DNA of 64,000 nucleotides, taken from Verrucomicrobiota bacterium (GTDB taxonomy: Bacteria > Verrucomicrobiota > Kiritimatiellia > CAIQIC01 > JAGNIJ01). The DNA lies in NCBI GenBank assembly GCA_022710725.1, contig JAKLGK010000005.1:156347-220346 (forward strand), in the 5' to 3' direction. Shown in pieces: positions 1 through 9,695 of the stretch (position 1 is the stretch's first letter; each line of letters opens with the position of its first letter). A model generated the notes under the pieces. It was not told the DNA's origin and did no database searches. It was given only the letters and a program-made list of their open reading frames with translations. A program made the translations under genes and the position numbers.

Positions 1-86
1 AATGAGATCGTTGAACAGAAGGCGCAAGGTTCGCAGAGAAGATCAGGCTTGGCGTCCTTTGCGCCTCCTGGTCCAAGGGAGATGCC

Positions 87-1742
87 ATGATTAAGGACAT
101 CGCGGTGGTCGGCATGGGGTACTGGGGCAAGAACCTGGCCCGTAACTTCCACGAGCTGGGCGCGCTGCACACGATCTGCGACACCAGCCCGGCAGTGGAG
201 AAGGAGTGGAAGGCCAAGTTCCCGGACGTGCGGTTCACGCGGGATTTCGGCCGCGTCCTGGCCGATCCCGGCATCCGCGCCGTGGCCCTCGCCACGCCGG
301 CGGTGACGCATTACGGGATGGCCCGCACGGCGATGGAGGCCGGCAAGGACGTGTTCGTGGAGAAGCCGCTCGCCATCAAGGTGGAGGAAGGCCGCGCGCT
401 GGTGGACCTCGCGGGCCGGCTCGGGCGCGTTCTGATGGTCGGCCACATTCTCCGCTTTCATCCCGCCGTGATTGCGCTGGGCCGCCTGATCTCGACGGGC
501 GACCTCGGCCAGATCCAGTACCTCTACTCCAACCGGCTGAACATCGGCAAGATCCGCACGGAGGAAAACATCCTCTGGAGCTTCGCGCCCCACGACATCT
601 CCGTGATGCTTGCGCTGCTGGGCGAAATGCCCATGTCCGTGGCCTGCCAGGGCGGCGGCTACCTGAACCCGCTGGTGATGGACGTGACGACGAGCGAGTT
701 CGCGTTCCCCAGCGGCGTGCGCGCCCACATCTTCGTCAACTGGCTGCACCCCTTCAAGGAGCAGCGCCTGGTCGTCGTCGGCTCGCAGAAGATGGCGGTG
801 TTCGACGACACGGCCAAGAACAAGCTGGTCCTCTACCCGCACAAGGTCGAGTGGAAGGACCGCGTGCCGACGGCGGTCAAGGCCGAGGCCGAGGTGGTAC
901 CGCTCGACGCGTCCGAGCCGCTGAAGGAGGAGTGCCGCCACTTCATCGCCTGCCTCGATTCCCGCGCCGCGCCGGTGACGGACGGGGCCGAGGGGCTGCG
1001 CGTGCTGACGGTCCTGGACGCCTGCCAGCGGTCGCTGGCCTCCGGCGGCGGCGCGGTGGCGCCGGCCGCCGCGTCCGGGCCCGCTCGCGAGTACTTCGTC
1101 CACGAGACGGCCTGCGTGGACCAGCCCTGCGAGATCGGGGCGGGGACGAAGATCTGGCACTTCAGCCACGTCCTGCCGCGGGTGAAGATCGGCAAAAAGT
1201 GCATCCTGGGCCAGAACGTCCACATCGCGGACGGCGTGGTGATGGGGAACAACGTCAAGATCCAGAACAACGTCTCGGTCTACACCGGCACGGTGATCGA
1301 AGACGACGTGTTTCTCGGCCCGTCCTGCGTGCTGACGAACGTCACCAACCCGCGTTCGCAGGTCAACCGGCACGCCCTCTACGAGAAGACGCGCTTCAAG
1401 CGCGGCTGCAGCGTCGGCGCCAATGCGACGATCGTCTGCGGCGTCACCGTCGGCCGCTACGCCTTCGTCGCGGCGGGCTCCGTGGTGACGAAGGACGTTC
1501 CTGACTACGCGCTCGTGATGGGCAACCCCGCGCGGCAGAAGAGCTGGATGAGCCGGCACGGCCACCGGCTCGGCGCGCCGGACAAGGACGGGGTCATGCG
1601 CTGCCCCGAGAGCGGCTTCCGCTACAAGGAGGTCGAGCCCGGCGTGCTGAAATGCCTGGACCTCGATGAGGAGGCCCCGTTGCCGGCGGAGCTGGCGAAG
1701 GGCGAGAAGACGTACGATGAGTTCAAAGGTGGGAAGGTGTGA
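87..1742 (+). CDS. Fused Gfo/Idh/MocA NAD-dependent sugar 3-dehydrogenase (WbpB-like) and left-handed beta-helix N-acetyltransferase (WbpD-like)
   Basis: The N-terminus has a Rossmann motif (VVGMGYWGKN) and a Gfo/Idh/MocA-type fold. The C-terminal roughly 200 aa carries hexapeptide repeats (IGAGTKIWHFSHV..., VVMGNNVKIQNNVSVYTGTVIED) typical of WbpD/PglD-type acetyltransferases. An RBS (aagggag) precedes the ATG. Confidence 0.8.
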   Translation: MIKDIAVVGMGYWGKNLARNFHELGALHTICDTSPAVEKEWKAKFPDVRFTRDFGRVLADPGIRAVALATPAVTHYGMARTAMEAGKDVFVEKPLAIKVEEGRALVDLAGRLGRVLMVGHILRFHPAVIALGRLISTGDLGQIQYLYSNRLNIGKIRTEENILWSFAPHDISVMLALLGEMPMSVACQGGGYLNPLVMDVTTSEFAFPSGVRAHIFVNWLHPFKEQRLVVVGSQKMAVFDDTAKNKLVLYPHKVEWKDRVPTAVKAEAEVVPLDASEPLKEECRHFIACLDSRAAPVTDGAEGLRVLTVLDACQRSLASGGGAVAPAAASGPAREYFVHETACVDQPCEIGAGTKIWHFSHVLPRVKIGKKCILGQNVHIADGVVMGNNVKIQNNVSVYTGTVIEDDVFLGPSCVLTNVTNPRSQVNRHALYEKTRFKRGCSVGANATIVCGVTVGRYAFVAAGSVVTKDVPDYALVMGNPARQKSWMSRHGHRLGAPDKDGVMRCPESGFRYKEVEPGVLKCLDLDEEAPLPAELAKGEKTYDEFKGGKV

Positions 1743-1791
1743 AGGTGGGAAAGTGTGAAAGTGTGAAGGTGGGAAGGTGGGAAGGTGGGAA
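1728..1791. repeat. Tandem array of about 8 degenerate 8-bp units (RGTGKGAA) overlapping the last codons of the preceding CDS
   Basis: The sequence reads ggtgggaa ggtgtgaa ggtgggaa agtgtgaa agtgtgaa ggtgggaa ggtgggaa ggtgggaa. A related array occurs in inverted orientation at 2204-2240. Confidence 0.7.
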
Positions 1792-1820
1792 GAGGTGCAA
1801 TATCAAGGCCGTGAAAGGAG

Positions 1821-2204
1821 TTGCGCGTGTCGTTAGCCAAGTCTTTTGAGGAGTTGCGAATATGGCAGGAGGCCAGAGTTCTTGTGGTGGATGTGTATTC
1901 CGTCTTTGGGAAAGGAACGCCTGCGCAGCGAGACCTTGAATTCAGAACACAGGCACAAGCCGCGGTATTGTCCGCGATGAGTAATATTGCCGAAGGGTTT
2001 GAGCGAAAAACCCGTGTCGAGTTCGCGCGCTTCCTGGATATCGCGAAAGCCTCTGCCGGAGAATTGCGAAGTCTGCTTTACGTCGCGGAAGACCTTGGTT
2101 ACTTGAACTCCGAAAACGCGGAGGCCTTAAGAAACAAAACAGCAACGCTGTCACGCGGAATCGCCGCCCTGACTCGCAGCCTGCGTAAACGGGCAGCTTT
2201 TTAA
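1821..2204 (+). CDS. Four-helix-bundle protein of the 23S rRNA intervening-sequence (IVS) type
   Basis: A 127-aa ORF shows family hallmarks (IWQEAR..., AEGF.R....F..FL.IA.AS..EL...L). The region is about 52% GC against roughly 68% for its surroundings. Confidence 0.75.
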   Translation: MRVSLAKSFEELRIWQEARVLVVDVYSVFGKGTPAQRDLEFRTQAQAAVLSAMSNIAEGFERKTRVEFARFLDIAKASAGELRSLLYVAEDLGYLNSENAEALRNKTATLSRGIAALTRSLRKRAAF

Positions 2205-2240
2205 CTCTTTTCCACCTTCGCACCTTCACACTTTCATACC
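2204..2240. repeat. Inverted copy of the octamer array
   Basis: The sequence actcttttccaccttcgcaccttcacactttcatacc is the reverse complement of ggtatgaaagtgtgaaggtgcgaaggtggaaaag, giving the GTGNGAA units seen at 1728-1791. Confidence 0.6.
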
Positions 2241-2259
2241 ATCCAACTAAAGGAGACCC

Positions 2260-3372
2260 ATGAACGTACCCCTGCTGGACCTCAAAGCGCAGTACGCCGG
2301 GATCAAGGCCGAGATCGAGCCTGTCCTGCGCGAAGTCGTTGAGTCGCAATATTTTATCCTCGGGCCGAAGGTCCAGGAGTGCGAGAAGGCCATTGCGGCC
2401 TACTGCTCGTGCGCCCGCGCGGTCGGCGTGACGTCGGGCACGGACGCGCTGCTCGTGTCGCTGATGGCCGAGGGCATCGGGCCGGGCGACGAGGTGATCA
2501 CGACGCCCTACACGTTCTTCGCCACCGCGGGCTCGATCGCCCGGACGGGCGCGCGGCCGGTGTTCGTGGACATCGACCCCGCGACGTACAACATCGACCC
2601 CGCACGGATCGAGGCGAAGATCACCGCGAAGACGCGCGCGATCATGCCGGTGCATTTGTACGGGCAGATGGCGGACATGGACCCGATCATGGAGATGGCG
2701 AACCGCCGCGGCCTGGTTGTGATCGAAGACGCCGCGCAGGCGATCGGGTCGGAGTACAAGGGCCGGCGCGCGGGCTCGATCGGCCACTACGGTTGCTTCT
2801 CGTTCTTCCCCTCGAAGAACCTCGGCTGCTTCGGCGACGGCGGCATCGTGACGACTAACGACGCGGCGCGGGCGGACAAGCTGGCTATCCTGCGCGCGCA
2901 CGGATCGAAGCCGAAGTACTACCACAAAATCATCGGCGGCAACTTCCGGCTCGACGCGCTCCAGGCGGCGGTGGTGCTGGTCAAGCTCCGCCACCTCGAT
3001 GCGTGGACGCTGGGCCGGCAGGCCAACGCGAAGCGATACGACAAGCTGTTCGCCGCCGCGGGGTTGACGGACAAGGTCGCGCTGCCCAGGGTGGTGGCCA
3101 ACCGGCACATCTTCAACCAGTACGTCCTCCGCGTGCCGCGGCGCGATGAACTGCAGAACTTCCTGAAGGACAAAGGGATCGGCACAGAAGTGTACTACCC
3201 GGTGCCCATGCATCTTCAGGAGTGCTTCGCGTATCTTGGGCACAAGAAGGGCGACTTCCCGGAAAGCGAAAAGGCCGCGCTCGAGACGGTGGCGCTGCCG
3301 GTTTATCCCGAACTGGCGGACGCGCAGGCGGCGTACGTGGTGGACAGCATCAAGGAATTCCTGTCGGCATGA
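2260..3372 (+). CDS. DegT/DnrJ/EryC1-family PLP sugar aminotransferase (WbpE-like)
   Basis: It carries family motifs (AYCSCARAVGVTSGTDAL, the SFFPSKNLG lysine region, YYPVPMHLQ). An RBS (aaaggag) is present. Confidence 0.85.
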   Translation: MNVPLLDLKAQYAGIKAEIEPVLREVVESQYFILGPKVQECEKAIAAYCSCARAVGVTSGTDALLVSLMAEGIGPGDEVITTPYTFFATAGSIARTGARPVFVDIDPATYNIDPARIEAKITAKTRAIMPVHLYGQMADMDPIMEMANRRGLVVIEDAAQAIGSEYKGRRAGSIGHYGCFSFFPSKNLGCFGDGGIVTTNDAARADKLAILRAHGSKPKYYHKIIGGNFRLDALQAAVVLVKLRHLDAWTLGRQANAKRYDKLFAAAGLTDKVALPRVVANRHIFNQYVLRVPRRDELQNFLKDKGIGTEVYYPVPMHLQECFAYLGHKKGDFPESEKAALETVALPVYPELADAQAAYVVDSIKEFLSA

Positions 3373-3466
3373 GGTGGGGCGCGCTCGCCGGGCGCGCCGC
3401 GGCGGCTTCGGCGCAGCCGCCCTACCCGGGCCTGCACATCGAAGAAGACTATCAACGGAGGACTAC

Positions 3467-4456
3467 ATGGACATCAAGGGCAAGAAGATCATGGTGATCG
3501 GCGGAGCGGGGCTGATCGGCAGCCACATCGTGGACCAGCTCCTGCAGACCGACGTCAAGGAAGTGGTCGTGTACGACAACTTCGTGCGCGGCCGGATGGA
3601 GAACCTGGCCAGGGCGCTGAAGGATCCGCGGTGCAGCGTGTTCCCGCTGGGCGGCGACGTGCTGCAGCCGGACGTCCTGGACACGGCGATAAAGGGCGTG
3701 GACGGCGTGTTCCACCTGGCGGCCCTGTGGCTGCTGCACTGCCACGAGTACCCGCAGTCGGCCTTCGAGGTGAACATCCGCGGGACGTTCAACGTGCTCG
3801 AGGCCTGCCGGCGGCACCACATCCAGCGGCTGGTCTACTCCTCCAGCGCGAGCGTCTACGGCGACGCGGTCGAGGAGCCGATGACGGAGAGCCACCCGTT
3901 CAACTGCTGGACGTTCTACGGCGCGACGAAGATCGCCGGCGAAGCGATGATGAAGGCCTACCACAAGCGCTACGGCGTCAAGGGCGTGGGCCTGCGCTAC
4001 ATGAACGTCTACGGCCCGCGCCAGGACTACAAGGGCGCGTACATCGCGGTGATGATGAAGGCCCTGGACTGCATCGACCGCAACGAGCAGCCCCTCGTGT
4101 ACGGGGACGGCTCGCAGGCCTACGATTTCATCCACGTCGAGGACGTGGCGCGGGCGAACCTGTGCGCGATGACGTCGGAGTGCCCGGTCGGGTTCTTCAA
4201 CGTCGGGCGCGGCGTGAAGACGTCGGTGAAGGAGCTGATCGAGGTGCTGCTGAAGCTGACCGGCAAGCAGTCGCTCGGCATCAACTTCAAGCCGGCGACG
4301 GAATATTTCGTGACGAACCGGGTCGGCTGCCCGAAGGCCGCGCGCGAGAAGCTCGGCTTCACGTGGAAGATCGACCTGGAGGAGGGCCTGAAGTCGCTGA
4401 TCGACTGGCGCAAGGCCCACATCGCCGAGGTCGAGGCGCGGCGCCGCCTGGTTTGA
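3467..4456 (+). CDS. NAD-dependent epimerase/dehydratase (extended SDR, UDP-sugar 4-epimerase-like)
   Basis: The N-terminus has GGAGLIGSH, and the SDR catalytic YxxxK lies in YGATKIAGE. The start at 3467 (MDIKGKK) is chosen inside the longer track ORF 3236-4456 because a ggag RBS precedes it. Confidence 0.8.
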   Translation: MDIKGKKIMVIGGAGLIGSHIVDQLLQTDVKEVVVYDNFVRGRMENLARALKDPRCSVFPLGGDVLQPDVLDTAIKGVDGVFHLAALWLLHCHEYPQSAFEVNIRGTFNVLEACRRHHIQRLVYSSSASVYGDAVEEPMTESHPFNCWTFYGATKIAGEAMMKAYHKRYGVKGVGLRYMNVYGPRQDYKGAYIAVMMKALDCIDRNEQPLVYGDGSQAYDFIHVEDVARANLCAMTSECPVGFFNVGRGVKTSVKELIEVLLKLTGKQSLGINFKPATEYFVTNRVGCPKAAREKLGFTWKIDLEEGLKSLIDWRKAHIAEVEARRRLV

Positions 4457-4464
4457 AGGTGACC

Positions 4465-5598
4465 ATGCACAAGATCCCCCTGATCAAGCCCTACATCACC
4501 GACGAGGTGAAGGCCAAGGTCTGCCAGGTGCTCGACGGCGGGCAGCTGACCGAGGGCGCCACCACGCGGGAGTTCGAGGCGCTGTGCCGGCAGCACATCG
4601 GGTGCGCCCACGCGCTGGCCGCGTGCAACTGCACGGTCGGCATGGAGATGGCCCTGCGCCTGTTCGGCGTCGGCCCCGGCGACGAGGTGATCGTCCCCGA
4701 CTACACCTATTCCGCCACGGCCGCCGTCGCGCGCTTCGTCGGCGCGACGATGGTGCTGGTGGACGTGGATCCGGCCACGATGCTGATCGACTACGACGCC
4801 CTCGAGGCGGCCGTCACCCCGAAAACAAAGGCGATCATTCCGGTGTCAATGTTCGGCAACCCGCTGGACTATAATCGGTTGCGCGAGATCCAGGGGCGCG
4901 GCCAGTTCAAGATCATCGAGGACTCCGCCTGCTCGATCGGCGCGTCGTGGAACGGGAAGAAGGTCGGCAACTGGGCGGACATCAGCGTCTTCAGCTTCCA
5001 CCCGCGCAAGTTCATCACGACGGGCGAGGGCGGGCTGGTGACGACGAACCGGGACGACTGGGCGGCCTGGATGGATTCCTACAAGCACTTCGGCATGATG
5101 CGCATGGCCGAGCGCGAGGATATCCAGTTCGGAATGATCGGCACGAACTTCAAGATGAGCAACATCCTCGCCGCGGTCGGCGCGGTGCAGATGAAGCATA
5201 TCGAGGAACTGCTCGCGAAGCGCGAGTCGCTGGCGCTGCGGTACCGGGAAAAACTGGGCGGCGTCGAGGGGATCACCCTGCCGGCGGTCACGCCGGGCGG
5301 GCGGCATTCGTGGCAGACCTGCTGCGTGTTCGTCGAGGACCGGAATCCCATCATGAAGCGGATGCGGGCGGACGGGATCGAGGTGCAGGTCGGTAATTAC
5401 GCCCTGCACATGCACCCGGCCTTCCAGCCGTCGGCCTGGTGCCGGCATGCCGGCTCCCTGGCCGACAGCCGGCGCGTGTTTGACCGCGCGCTGGCGCTGC
5501 CGCTGTACTACGACCTGACGGAGAGCGACCAGGACATCGTGATCGAGCGGCTGATCCGCGAGGTCCGGGCGGAGCGGTCTAAGGGAGGCGCGACGTGA
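4465..5598 (+). CDS. Second DegT-family PLP sugar aminotransferase
   Basis: The protein MHKIPLIKPYITDEV... carries motifs of the PseC/ArnB type. It lies in the frame of track ORF 3631-5598, and the stop overlaps the next start. Confidence 0.8.
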   Translation: MHKIPLIKPYITDEVKAKVCQVLDGGQLTEGATTREFEALCRQHIGCAHALAACNCTVGMEMALRLFGVGPGDEVIVPDYTYSATAAVARFVGATMVLVDVDPATMLIDYDALEAAVTPKTKAIIPVSMFGNPLDYNRLREIQGRGQFKIIEDSACSIGASWNGKKVGNWADISVFSFHPRKFITTGEGGLVTTNRDDWAAWMDSYKHFGMMRMAEREDIQFGMIGTNFKMSNILAAVGAVQMKHIEELLAKRESLALRYREKLGGVEGITLPAVTPGGRHSWQTCCVFVEDRNPIMKRMRADGIEVQVGNYALHMHPAFQPSAWCRHAGSLADSRRVFDRALALPLYYDLTESDQDIVIERLIREVRAERSKGGAT

Positions 5599-6623
5599 AC
5601 AAGGCCCTGTGCGCGCTGCTCCGCGACCCCGTGGCGCGCGGCCCGCTGACGTGGGACGAGGCGGCGGGCGAATTGGCGTCGGCCGGAGGCGGACGCTATC
5701 CCGTGCGCAACGGGATTCCCCGCTTCGTGCTGACCGAGGACGCCGGGCAGATCCAGACTCGGGACGCGTTCGGCTTCAAGTGGGCGAAGCGGGACACGTA
5801 CGACACGCCGGAGTTCCGGGCCTTCGCGGCGGAGTGGTATTCCCGGAAGTACGGGTTCGGCGACGAGGCGGCGATGGCGCGTTTCTTCGCCGGGCGCGGG
5901 CGCATTCTCGACGTCGGCTGCGGCAGCGCGTTTTCCTCCGCGCTGTACCTCCGCCATCCGGCCTGGTCGGGCCGGGCGATGTGGGTGGGGGCGGACATCT
6001 CCAGCGCGGTGGACGTGGCGCAGGAGCGGCTGCGCGATGTCGCGAACACGCACTTCGTGCAGGCGGACGCCCTGCAGCTCCCGTTCGCGGACGGCGCTTT
6101 CGACACGGTCTTCTCGGAGGGCGTCCTGCACCATACGCCCTCGACGCGGGCGGCGCTGCTCTCGGCGGCGCGGGTGGTGGCGCGCGGCGGGGAGTTCCTG
6201 TTCTACGTGTACCGCAAGAAGGCCCCGCTGCGGGAGTACGCGGACGACTACATCCGCGGGCAGATCGCGCCGCTGACGGACGAGCAGGCCTGGGAGGCCA
6301 TGCGCTCGCTGACGCGGTTCGGGCAGGCGCTGGCGGAGCTGAAGGCGAGCGTGACCGTGCCGGAGGACGTGCCGCTGCTGGGCATCCGGGCCGGCGCGTA
6401 CGACATCCAGCGGCTGCTGTACTACGACGTGGTCAAGATGTACTGGAACGCGAAGCTGTCGTTCGAGGAGAACGTGCACGTCAACTTCGACTGGTACCGG
6501 CCCCGGTACGCGCACCGGCAGACGGCGGAGGAGGTGCGGGCCTGGTGCGCGGAGGCGGGGCTGGAGATCGCGCGGTTCCACGAGGAGGAGAGCGGGTTTT
6601 CAGTGCGGGCGGTTCGTCGCTGA
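5595..6623 (+). CDS. Class I SAM-dependent methyltransferase with a degenerate Trm112-like N-terminus
   Basis: It has the ILDVGCGSA SAM motif and the acidic FADGAFD motif. The N-terminus (LCALLRDPVARGPL...YPVRNGIPRF) resembles the Trm112/DUF343 fold but lacks the cysteines. Confidence 0.7.
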   Translation: MNKALCALLRDPVARGPLTWDEAAGELASAGGGRYPVRNGIPRFVLTEDAGQIQTRDAFGFKWAKRDTYDTPEFRAFAAEWYSRKYGFGDEAAMARFFAGRGRILDVGCGSAFSSALYLRHPAWSGRAMWVGADISSAVDVAQERLRDVANTHFVQADALQLPFADGAFDTVFSEGVLHHTPSTRAALLSAARVVARGGEFLFYVYRKKAPLREYADDYIRGQIAPLTDEQAWEAMRSLTRFGQALAELKASVTVPEDVPLLGIRAGAYDIQRLLYYDVVKMYWNAKLSFEENVHVNFDWYRPRYAHRQTAEEVRAWCAEAGLEIARFHEEESGFSVRAVRR

Positions 6624-6636
6624 CGGGGGTTTCACC

Positions 6637-8505
6637 ATGTGCGGCATCGCAGGCATTTTGCATCGGAACGGCGCGCCCGCGTCGCCGGCCATCCTGCAGC
6701 GGATGACCGACGCGCTCGCGCATCGCGGGCCGGACGGCGAGGGGCACTGGATCGAGGGGGGCGTCGGCCTCGGCCACCGCCGGCTGGCGATCATCGACCT
6801 CTCCCCGGCCGGCCACCAGCCGATGATCTCCGCCGACCAGCGGCACGTGCTGATCTACAACGGCGAGGTGTACAACTTCCGCGAGCTGCGCGCGGAGCTG
6901 GAGTCCGCCGGCTACTGGTTCCGCTCGCGGACGGACGGCGAGGTGGTGCTGCTGGCCCTGGCGGCGTGGGGCGTCAAGGCCTTCGACCGGTTCAACGGGA
7001 TGTTCGCCCTGGCGTTCTGGGACCGGAAGGAACGGACGCTGCTGCTCGCGCGCGACCGGTTCGGCATCAAGCCCCTCTACTACGCCGAGCAGGGCGGCGT
7101 CTTCGCGTTCGGCTCCGAGCAGAAGGCGATCCTGGCGAACCCGGCCTTCGAGCGGCGGCTGGACAAGGCCGCGCTGCTGGAATACTTCACGTTCCAGAAC
7201 ATCTTCACCGACCGCACGCTGCTGGAGGACATCCGGCTCCTGCCCGCGGGGCACTATGCGACGCTGGACTTCAAGGATCCCGCGGCGCCGCTCCGGCTGA
7301 CCCGCTTCTGGGACTTCCATTTCCAGGAGCCGGCGGAGCAGGCGTCCGACGAGGAGTACCGCGAGGAGCTGGACCGGCTGTTCCGGCAGGCGGTCAGCCG
7401 GCAGCTCGTGACGGACGTCGAACTGGGCAGCTACCTGAGCGGCGGCATGGACTCGGGCTCGATCACCGCGATCGCCGCGCAGACCTACCCGTACATGAAG
7501 ACCTTCACGTGCGGGTTCGACCTGCACTCGGCCTCGGGCATGGAGCTGTCGTTCGACGAGCGGGAGAAGGCCGAGCTGATGTCGTACACCTTCAAGACCG
7601 AGCACTACGAGATGGTCCTGAAGGCGGGCGACATGGAGCGCATCTTCCCGAAGTTCGCCTGGCACCTCGAGGAGCCGCGCGTCGGCCAGAGCTACCCGAA
7701 CTACTACGCCGCGCAGCTCGCGGGCAAGTTCGTCAAGGTGGTCCTGTCGGGCGGCGGCGGCGACGAGCTGTTCGGCGGCTACCCGTGGCGGTACTACCGC
7801 GCCGTCGGCGGGTCCGGGTTCGAGGATTACGTCGACAAGTACTACCTCTACTGGCAGCGGCTGATCGACAACTCCACGCTGTGGGCCCTGTTCGCCCCGA
7901 TCAAGGACCAGGTCCGGGACGTCTGGACGAGGGACATCTTCCGCGACGTGTTCCGCAAGCACGAGCACAAGCTCGAGGCGCCCGAGGACTACATCAACCA
8001 CTCGCTCTGCTTCGAGGCGCGCACGTTCCTGCACGGGCTCCTGGTGGTGGAGGACAAGTTGAGCATGGCGCACAGCCTGGAGACCCGCGTGCCGTTCCTC
8101 GACAACGACCTGGTGGACTTCGCCATGCGGCTGCCGATCCGCCTCAAGCTGGCCAACCTGGACAACGTCCTGCGGGCCGACGAGAACGACCTGGCGCGCT
8201 ACTACCGCCGGACCAGCGACGGGAAGGTGCTGCTGCGGCAGGTGATGAAGCGTCACATCCCGACGGAGATCGCGGAGGCGGAGAAGCAGGGCTTCTCGGC
8301 GCCCGACGCGAGCTGGTTCAAGGGCGAGAGCATCGAGTACGTGAAAAAACTGCTCCTCAGCCCCCGCGCAAGGATTTACGACCTGTTCGACCCGGCGGTG
8401 GCGCGCGCGCTGATCGAGGAGCACCTGGCCGGCCACGTGAACCGGCGGCTGTTCATCTGGTCGCTGTTGAGCCTCGAGCACTTCCTGCGGGCCTACCTGC
8501 CCTGA
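6637..8505 (+). CDS. Asparagine synthase (glutamine-hydrolysing) family amidotransferase (WbpS/AsnB-like)
   Basis: The Ntn start is MCGIAG, and the PP-loop is SGGMDSGS. Confidence 0.85.
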   Translation: MCGIAGILHRNGAPASPAILQRMTDALAHRGPDGEGHWIEGGVGLGHRRLAIIDLSPAGHQPMISADQRHVLIYNGEVYNFRELRAELESAGYWFRSRTDGEVVLLALAAWGVKAFDRFNGMFALAFWDRKERTLLLARDRFGIKPLYYAEQGGVFAFGSEQKAILANPAFERRLDKAALLEYFTFQNIFTDRTLLEDIRLLPAGHYATLDFKDPAAPLRLTRFWDFHFQEPAEQASDEEYREELDRLFRQAVSRQLVTDVELGSYLSGGMDSGSITAIAAQTYPYMKTFTCGFDLHSASGMELSFDEREKAELMSYTFKTEHYEMVLKAGDMERIFPKFAWHLEEPRVGQSYPNYYAAQLAGKFVKVVLSGGGGDELFGGYPWRYYRAVGGSGFEDYVDKYYLYWQRLIDNSTLWALFAPIKDQVRDVWTRDIFRDVFRKHEHKLEAPEDYINHSLCFEARTFLHGLLVVEDKLSMAHSLETRVPFLDNDLVDFAMRLPIRLKLANLDNVLRADENDLARYYRRTSDGKVLLRQVMKRHIPTEIAEAEKQGFSAPDASWFKGESIEYVKKLLLSPRARIYDLFDPAVARALIEEHLAGHVNRRLFIWSLLSLEHFLRAYLP

Positions 8506-8522
8506 TCCCGCGGCCGCCCCCG

Positions 8523-9695
8523 ATGACCCTCACCCTGAAAGGCACGGACCTGTCCGCCCGCAAGGTCTGCGCGCGCTGCATCTACGACGAGGGCGTGCGG
8601 GGGATCGAATTCGACGCCGGCGGCGTCTGCTCGTTCTGCCGCATGGTGGACGGCCTGAAGGCGCAGTACGAGACCGGCACGCCGGCGGGCGAGCGCCGGC
8701 TGATGGCCATCGTCGAGGAGATCCGGCGGGCGGGGAAGGGGAAGCCCTACGACTGCGTCGTCGGCGTGAGCGGCGGCACGGACTCCTCCTACCTGGTCGC
8801 CAAGGCCCTCGAGTGGGGCCTGCGCCCGCTGGCGGCGCACTACGACAACACCTGGAACACCGCGATCGCGACCGAGAACATCCGCAAGGTGCTCGGCCGG
8901 CTCAAGGTGGACCTGTACACGCACGTCATCGACAACAAGGAGGCGGACGACATCATCCGCTCCTTCTTCCTCGCGAGCGTGCCGGACCTCGATTCCGCGA
9001 CCGACATCGCGCTGGCGGAGACGCTGTACCGCGCGGCGTCGAAGTACGGGGTCCGGTATATCCTCGAGGGGCATTCCTTCGTCGCCGAGGGCGTTTCGCC
9101 GCTGGGCGCGCTGTACATGGACGGGCAGTACATCGCCTCGGTGCACCGCCGGTTCGGCCGGCTGCCGATGCGGACCTATCCGAACATGCCCTTCGCCGCC
9201 TTCATGAAATGGACGCTCTTCAAGCGCATCCGGAAGGTCCGGCCGCTGTGGTACATCGCCTATTCCAAGTCGGACGCGCGCGAATTCCTCGAGCGCGAGT
9301 TCGACTGGCAGTACTACGGCGGGCACCACCTGGAGAACCGCATCACGGCCTTCCACCACAGCTACTACAACCCCGTCAAGTTCGGGATCGACAACCGGAA
9401 CAACAGCCTGTCCGCCTCGGTGCGCGCGGGGATCATGAGCCGGGACGAGGCCCTGCGCATCTACGCGGCGCCGCCGTACATGGAGCCGGACCTGCTGCCC
9501 TACTTCAAGAAGCGGCTGGAACTGACGGACGCGGAATTCGACCGGGTCATGGCCCTGCCGCCGAAGACGTTCCGCGACTACCCGACCTACAAGAGGCGCT
9601 TCGAGCGGCTGCGCCCGCTGTTCTACCTGCTGGCGAAGTCGAACCTCGTGCCGATGAGCTTCTACCTGAAGTACTGCCGGAAAAGCACGGCCTGA
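8523..9695 (+). CDS. N-acetyl sugar amidotransferase (WbpG/PseA/LfnA-like PP-loop ATPase)
   Basis: An N-terminal Cys cluster (CARCIYDE...CSFC) is followed by the PP-loop GVSGGTDSS. The protein is about 390 aa, and the start is taken inside track ORF 6639-9695. Confidence 0.8.
   Translation: MTLTLKGTDLSARKVCARCIYDEGVRGIEFDAGGVCSFCRMVDGLKAQYETGTPAGERRLMAIVEEIRRAGKGKPYDCVVGVSGGTDSSYLVAKALEWGLRPLAAHYDNTWNTAIATENIRKVLGRLKVDLYTHVIDNKEADDIIRSFFLASVPDLDSATDIALAETLYRAASKYGVRYILEGHSFVAEGVSPLGALYMDGQYIASVHRRFGRLPMRTYPNMPFAAFMKWTLFKRIRKVRPLWYIAYSKSDAREFLEREFDWQYYGGHHLENRITAFHHSYYNPVKFGIDNRNNSLSASVRAGIMSRDEALRIYAAPPYMEPDLLPYFKKRLELTDAEFDRVMALPPKTFRDYPTYKRRFERLRPLFYLLAKSNLVPMSFYLKYCRKSTA

Noticed and set aside
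1728-1791. The octamer tandem array as a CRISPR or other functional short tandem repeat locus
   Set aside because: The units are 8 bp with no spacers, partly coding, and paired with an inverted array 400 bp away. That is consistent with terminal inverted repeats of a mini-insertion, not CRISPR.
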